Below, piece by piece: positions 58,972-62,425 of a DNA stretch of 62,425 bases (the stretch's first letter is position 1; the number at the start of each line of letters is the position of its first letter). The DNA comes from Nitrososphaera sp. (GTDB lineage Archaea > Thermoproteota > Nitrososphaeria > Nitrososphaerales > Nitrososphaeraceae), in NCBI GenBank assembly GCA_035253045.1, contig DATFCN010000179.1:1-62425 (forward strand). The letters run 5' to 3'. The notes under the pieces were generated by a model that was not told where the DNA came from, did no database searches, and saw only the letters and a program-made list of their open reading frames with translations. Both the position numbers and the translations under genes were made by a program.

Positions 58972-59820
58972 ATGGTTCTTGAAGTTTTGGAATTTGGATT
59001 CCTGCAGCGTGCTCTCATTGCGGGCGTCTCAGTGGCTATAACATCATCGGTGATTGGGTTGTTTCTTGTGCTAAGACGCAACTCGCTATTTGGAGATGCG
59101 CTTTCTCACGCGGCGTTTGGAGGCATAGCAATAGGGCTTGTCACTAACATTTATCCCCTTTGGACGGGTCTGACTCTTTCAATACTAGGAGCCCTGGGCA
59201 TTACAAAGTTACGACAGTCTTCCAAGATACCAGCGGATGCGACTGTCGCCATATTACTTTCATCAGGCCTTGCGCTTGGCATACTACTTATTAGCCTATC
59301 AGGAGGATTCACGCTTGACCTATTCAGCTTTTTGTTTGGGAGCATCATGCTTGTCAGCGTAGAGGATACCCTTGCGATACTGGCAATGACTGGTATAATT
59401 CTGTCCATAATCATCCTTCTCTATCGGCAACTAATGTACATCACATTTGATGAAGAGCAGGCACGAGTCAGCGGTCTGCCTATTTCAAAGCTAAACTATC
59501 TTTTCATAATTCTTGCAAGCGTTGCAGTCATTGTTTCGATGAGGCTTGTGGGGATCCTACTTGTCTCGTCACTTTTGGTGATTCCAAATGTTACGGCCCT
59601 TTTGTTTAACAAAGGATTCAGGAAAACGGCTCTCATATCAGTGTCGATATCAATATTTTCAGTAGTGATGGGTATTACAATTTCTTATGCCGCAAATCTG
59701 GCGCCTGCAGGAACAATAGTGCTCGTCTCAACTACAGTATTTCTGATGGTTCTTGCAGCTAGATATTATTATTTAAAAAAGATGCAAATAGTCAAAAAGT
59801 TGGAAGAGGCTAGAAGCTAA
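58972..59820 (+). CDS. znuB: Metal ABC transporter permease
   Basis: GDALSH, FLFGSI, FDEEQA, VGILLVSSLL.IP. Confidence 0.92.
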   Translation: MVLEVLEFGFLQRALIAGVSVAITSSVIGLFLVLRRNSLFGDALSHAAFGGIAIGLVTNIYPLWTGLTLSILGALGITKLRQSSKIPADATVAILLSSGLALGILLISLSGGFTLDLFSFLFGSIMLVSVEDTLAILAMTGIILSIIILLYRQLMYITFDEEQARVSGLPISKLNYLFIILASVAVIVSMRLVGILLVSSLLVIPNVTALLFNKGFRKTALISVSISIFSVVMGITISYAANLAPAGTIVLVSTTVFLMVLAARYYYLKKMQIVKKLEEARS

Positions 59821-60460
59821 AGTCGCCACCACCAAAGTCGCCACCACCAAAGTCGCCACCACCACCACTGTCTGCCGCGGCACCACCGTCTTCGGCTCCT
59901 GCAGCTGATTCACCCGAATCTGCTGCTGCCCCAGATCCTTCGCCGCCTGCAAGACCACTCTCAGCAGGAGTCATTGCCATCCCCAGCATGGACATCATGG
60001 ACATAAAGAACATGGCGTTCATGATGCCTGAGAACAGCATCATCGGAATCCACATGCGGTTATTGTCCATGTAGCCTTGAAGCTGCTGTGTCTGGCCATT
60101 ATTTTGCCACTGCTGGATCTGCTGCCACTGCTTCTCGAGTTCCTGCTTTTTTGTATTGAGCAGCTGAAGCCCAGTATGGCTGATAGTCAGCTCTACCTTA
60201 GTTCTAAAGAAACCCTTCTTTTCAGAGCGAATAACAAGTCTTTGTTCAATCAGATCATTTATGATTAGCTCAACTTCGGCCTTATCCAAACGAGTAACCT
60301 TGGCAATTTTGTCAAAAGATTTTACTCCTCTTCCAATGGCGTCCAACACTATAAAGTGGTTAGGGCTCTCATTGATTCTGACACTTGACATTTCACAAGT
60401 ATTATGCACAAAGCAGAATTTAAACTCTATTCTAAGAGAAATTTTTCGATCATAAGGCAT
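59810..60460 (-). CDS. Winged-helix protein with Met-rich hydrophobic segment and Gly-rich tail (start probably internal, at MSSVRINE)
   Basis: IVLDAI...KIAKVTRL...LI..RLV; MWIPMMLFSGIMNAMFFMSMMSMLGMAM; (GGGDF)x3. Confidence 0.8.
   Translation of the reverse strand: MPYDRKISLRIEFKFCFVHNTCEMSSVRINESPNHFIVLDAIGRGVKSFDKIAKVTRLDKAEVELIINDLIEQRLVIRSEKKGFFRTKVELTISHTGLQLLNTKKQELEKQWQQIQQWQNNGQTQQLQGYMDNNRMWIPMMLFSGIMNAMFFMSMMSMLGMAMTPAESGLAGGEGSGAAADSGESAAGAEDGGAAADSGGGGDFGGGDFGGGDFSF
59819..59863. repeat. Three perfect 15-bp tandem repeats AAAGTCGCCACCACC encoding GGGDF
   Basis: Read directly. Confidence 0.9.
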
Positions 60461-60553
60461 CCATAGATCGTAAAATTAGAAGGACAGTGAGTAAATCAAG
60501 ACACGGTTGACAAGATAGAGAACGTTCTGATGGGAGCGGCCTAAAGGAAAGGG

Positions 60554-60814
60554 CTAAGCGGGACTGTATAGTAATTTAGTCCTCAGAGCTGTACTCTGCC
60601 ACATAGAGGGCAATATACCAATATCTGCAGCGAGAGATTTTAGTTCATCGAAATTCACTACTTCCACCTTTCTTAATCGGTACATTAGCCTACCGCATAG
60701 GCCAGCTGCGATTATAGAATCGCAATGGGCCAGGCCAGGCCCAATAAAATCCTGCAGAGTTTTAGGGTTCAGACTATCCAGATTCCGTCTTATCCTTGGG
60801 AGTGGGAGAGGCAA
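60554..60814 (-). pseudogene. Possible decayed IS110-family transposase fragment
   Basis: NFDELKSLAADIGILPSMWQS resembles IS110 RF.S.K.LAAYAGLVP...QSG; LRTKLLYSPA resembles LR..LY..A. Confidence 0.4.
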
Positions 60815-60883
60815 GATGCGCCGCGTTTGTCCAGGGTAGATTGAGTGACCAAACTGATTGAGTGATCATCAGGCGTCTTCATC

Positions 60884-62425
60884 TTAGCCGGACCCACACC
60901 CACTAAAGCCGCATTCGATGCATACATTACATCCTTCGGTAATGATCAGTCGTGCATTGCACGTAGGGCACCGGTCCTCTTGCATGTCCACATGTTGCAT
61001 GATGGCAGATATCGACGCAGAGTTCTTTGCACGAGATTGCAGTTCTTGAGGCGGAAGAGCCACAGTTTCGGGAGATTTTTCGTCTTCTACTCCAGAGTCT
61101 TGGAAGATCTTTTGCATCTGCTCTACAACATAGGGTTCTTTAATATTGTCGAGAACATAATCGACTACATACTTGCTAGGCTTAACAGTAAACGCCCTTT
61201 GGCCTGTGTTTTGGCCAGTGATGTGAAGCACTTGCTCGTGACGGGAACCATCTCTAAAGACAGTAACACCTTTCAGACCAAGTTCATGGGATAGCAAATA
61301 GGCGCATTTGACGTCCTCCGCTGTAACATCCCCAGGCATATTGATGGTTTTTGCAATGGCATTACTGATCCATTTTTGCCATACAGCCTGAGCCATCACA
61401 TGATCCGTCCAGTGTATATCAATCGCAGTCACAAATATCCGCTGCATCCACTCAGGGATCTCCGACAAGCCGCGGACAGAACCATAATTGTTTGCAATTT
61501 TAGTCAGTATTTCGTCAGAGTAGAGGCCGTTTTCTTTCAGCATGCTCTCAAACACCTTATCAGCGTAAAAGAAGCGTCCAACAGTCACACGCTTTTCATA
61601 TACAAGTGCAAAGACTGGTTCAACACCATTTGAAGTATCTGCGATCATAGAGAGCGTGCCGGTCGGGGCAATAGTGGAGGTCCAGGAGTTGCGTATTCCA
61701 TGCTTCTTGATCTTTTCAATAAGCGTGTCCCAGTCGTAGGTATGGGTCTCTTTTGGCAGCTCATAGTATCCGGCCACAGGGATCTGACCCTTGACATAAT
61801 CACTGTTCTTAAATAGAGGGAATGATCCACGAGACTTGGCAATGGCTACACTTTCATCCATGCTCAAATATGACACGGCTTCTGCAAGCTTATTCATGAA
61901 TTCATAGCCATCCTTAGAATCATAGGGGATCTTGAGCAGGAATAACAGATCAGCAATGCCCATGATACCAAGTCCTATTCTCCTTGTCTCCTTTGTCGCA
62001 ACCTTGACTTCGTCTACAGGGTACTTGTTCATGTCAATTACATTGTCTAGGAATCTTGTAGCAAGTCTGATCGCCTGCTCGTAACGTTGCCAGTCAAACT
62101 CATATGCGCCATCAGCTTTGCGTTTGACAAAATTTGCCAAGTTGATCGAGCCGAGATTGCATGATTCATAAGGATAGAGGGATTGTTCACCACAGGGATT
62201 TGTGGCACGCAAGGGCCCGCCTCTTGCTCCAACGAGTGGATTGTACTTGTTAATATTATCAAAGAATATTACTCCGGGTTCAGCGCTCTTCCAGGCGCTC
62301 AATGCGACTAGGTCTACAAGCTGTTGTGCGTCAATGTGCCTCATGGGCTCTTTCATCCGTGGACTGCGAAGAGGATACTTATGATTACCATCCTTGCTGA
62401 CAAGTGCCTTCCAAAAGTCATCCCA
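60884..62425 (-). CDS. nrdJ: Adenosylcobalamin-dependent (class II) ribonucleotide reductase, 5' truncated by window edge
   Basis: EPGVIF, ATNPCGEQ, CNLGSINL, IAPTGT, KTIN, KGVTVFRDG, C-terminal CPTC...CIECG; frame open to 62425. Confidence 0.95.
   Translation of the reverse strand, partial: WDDFWKALVSKDGNHKYPLRSPRMKEPMRHIDAQQLVDLVALSAWKSAEPGVIFFDNINKYNPLVGARGGPLRATNPCGEQSLYPYESCNLGSINLANFVKRKADGAYEFDWQRYEQAIRLATRFLDNVIDMNKYPVDEVKVATKETRRIGLGIMGIADLLFLLKIPYDSKDGYEFMNKLAEAVSYLSMDESVAIAKSRGSFPLFKNSDYVKGQIPVAGYYELPKETHTYDWDTLIEKIKKHGIRNSWTSTIAPTGTLSMIADTSNGVEPVFALVYEKRVTVGRFFYADKVFESMLKENGLYSDEILTKIANNYGSVRGLSEIPEWMQRIFVTAIDIHWTDHVMAQAVWQKWISNAIAKTINMPGDVTAEDVKCAYLLSHELGLKGVTVFRDGSRHEQVLHITGQNTGQRAFTVKPSKYVVDYVLDNIKEPYVVEQMQKIFQDSGVEDEKSPETVALPPQELQSRAKNSASISAIMQHVDMQEDRCPTCNARLIITEGCNVCIECGFSGCGSG

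Noticed and set aside
59819-59863. CRISPR-like repeat
   Set aside because: 15-bp units with no spacers, in frame within a CDS
60884-62425. Intein in nrdJ
   Set aside because: The visible part is colinear with class II RNR motifs; no intein termini seen

Overview
This is a core-chromosome segment of an archaeon. The gene complement (TBP, NAC, MBF1, GINS51, Trm56, CdvB/ESCRT-III, DnaJ-ferredoxin, solitary 5S rRNA, cobalamin genes, class II RNR) and the long AT-rich gaps point to an ammonia-oxidising Nitrososphaeraceae-like thaumarchaeon (inference). It holds about 70 CDS, one 5S rRNA and one tRNA-Gly(CCC). I found no CRISPR array or intact mobile element, only a possible decayed IS110 fragment. 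Main gene groups: a non-oxidative pentose-phosphate operon (transketolase-N fused to Rpe, transketolase-C, transaldolase), a MoxR-VWA pair, PolX-PHP, glnA, cobI-cobM, a NikR-family regulator divergent from a ZnuABC-type transporter, and nrdJ (5' truncated). Most notable observations: (1) a MurI-like racemase with both catalytic Cys replaced by Ser, next to uppS; (2) a degenerate RelA/SpoT-type HD protein convergent with an uncalled 45-aa CCHC zinc-knuckle microprotein; (3) three further Zn-finger microproteins, two of them absent from the ORF track; (4) an ESCRT-III paralog followed by a 2-TM micro-gene; (5) candidate structured intergenic RNAs, including a possible H-type pseudoknot; (6) a perfect 22-bp palindrome. 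All family calls come from motif recognition by eye; no searches were run, so novelty is untested.
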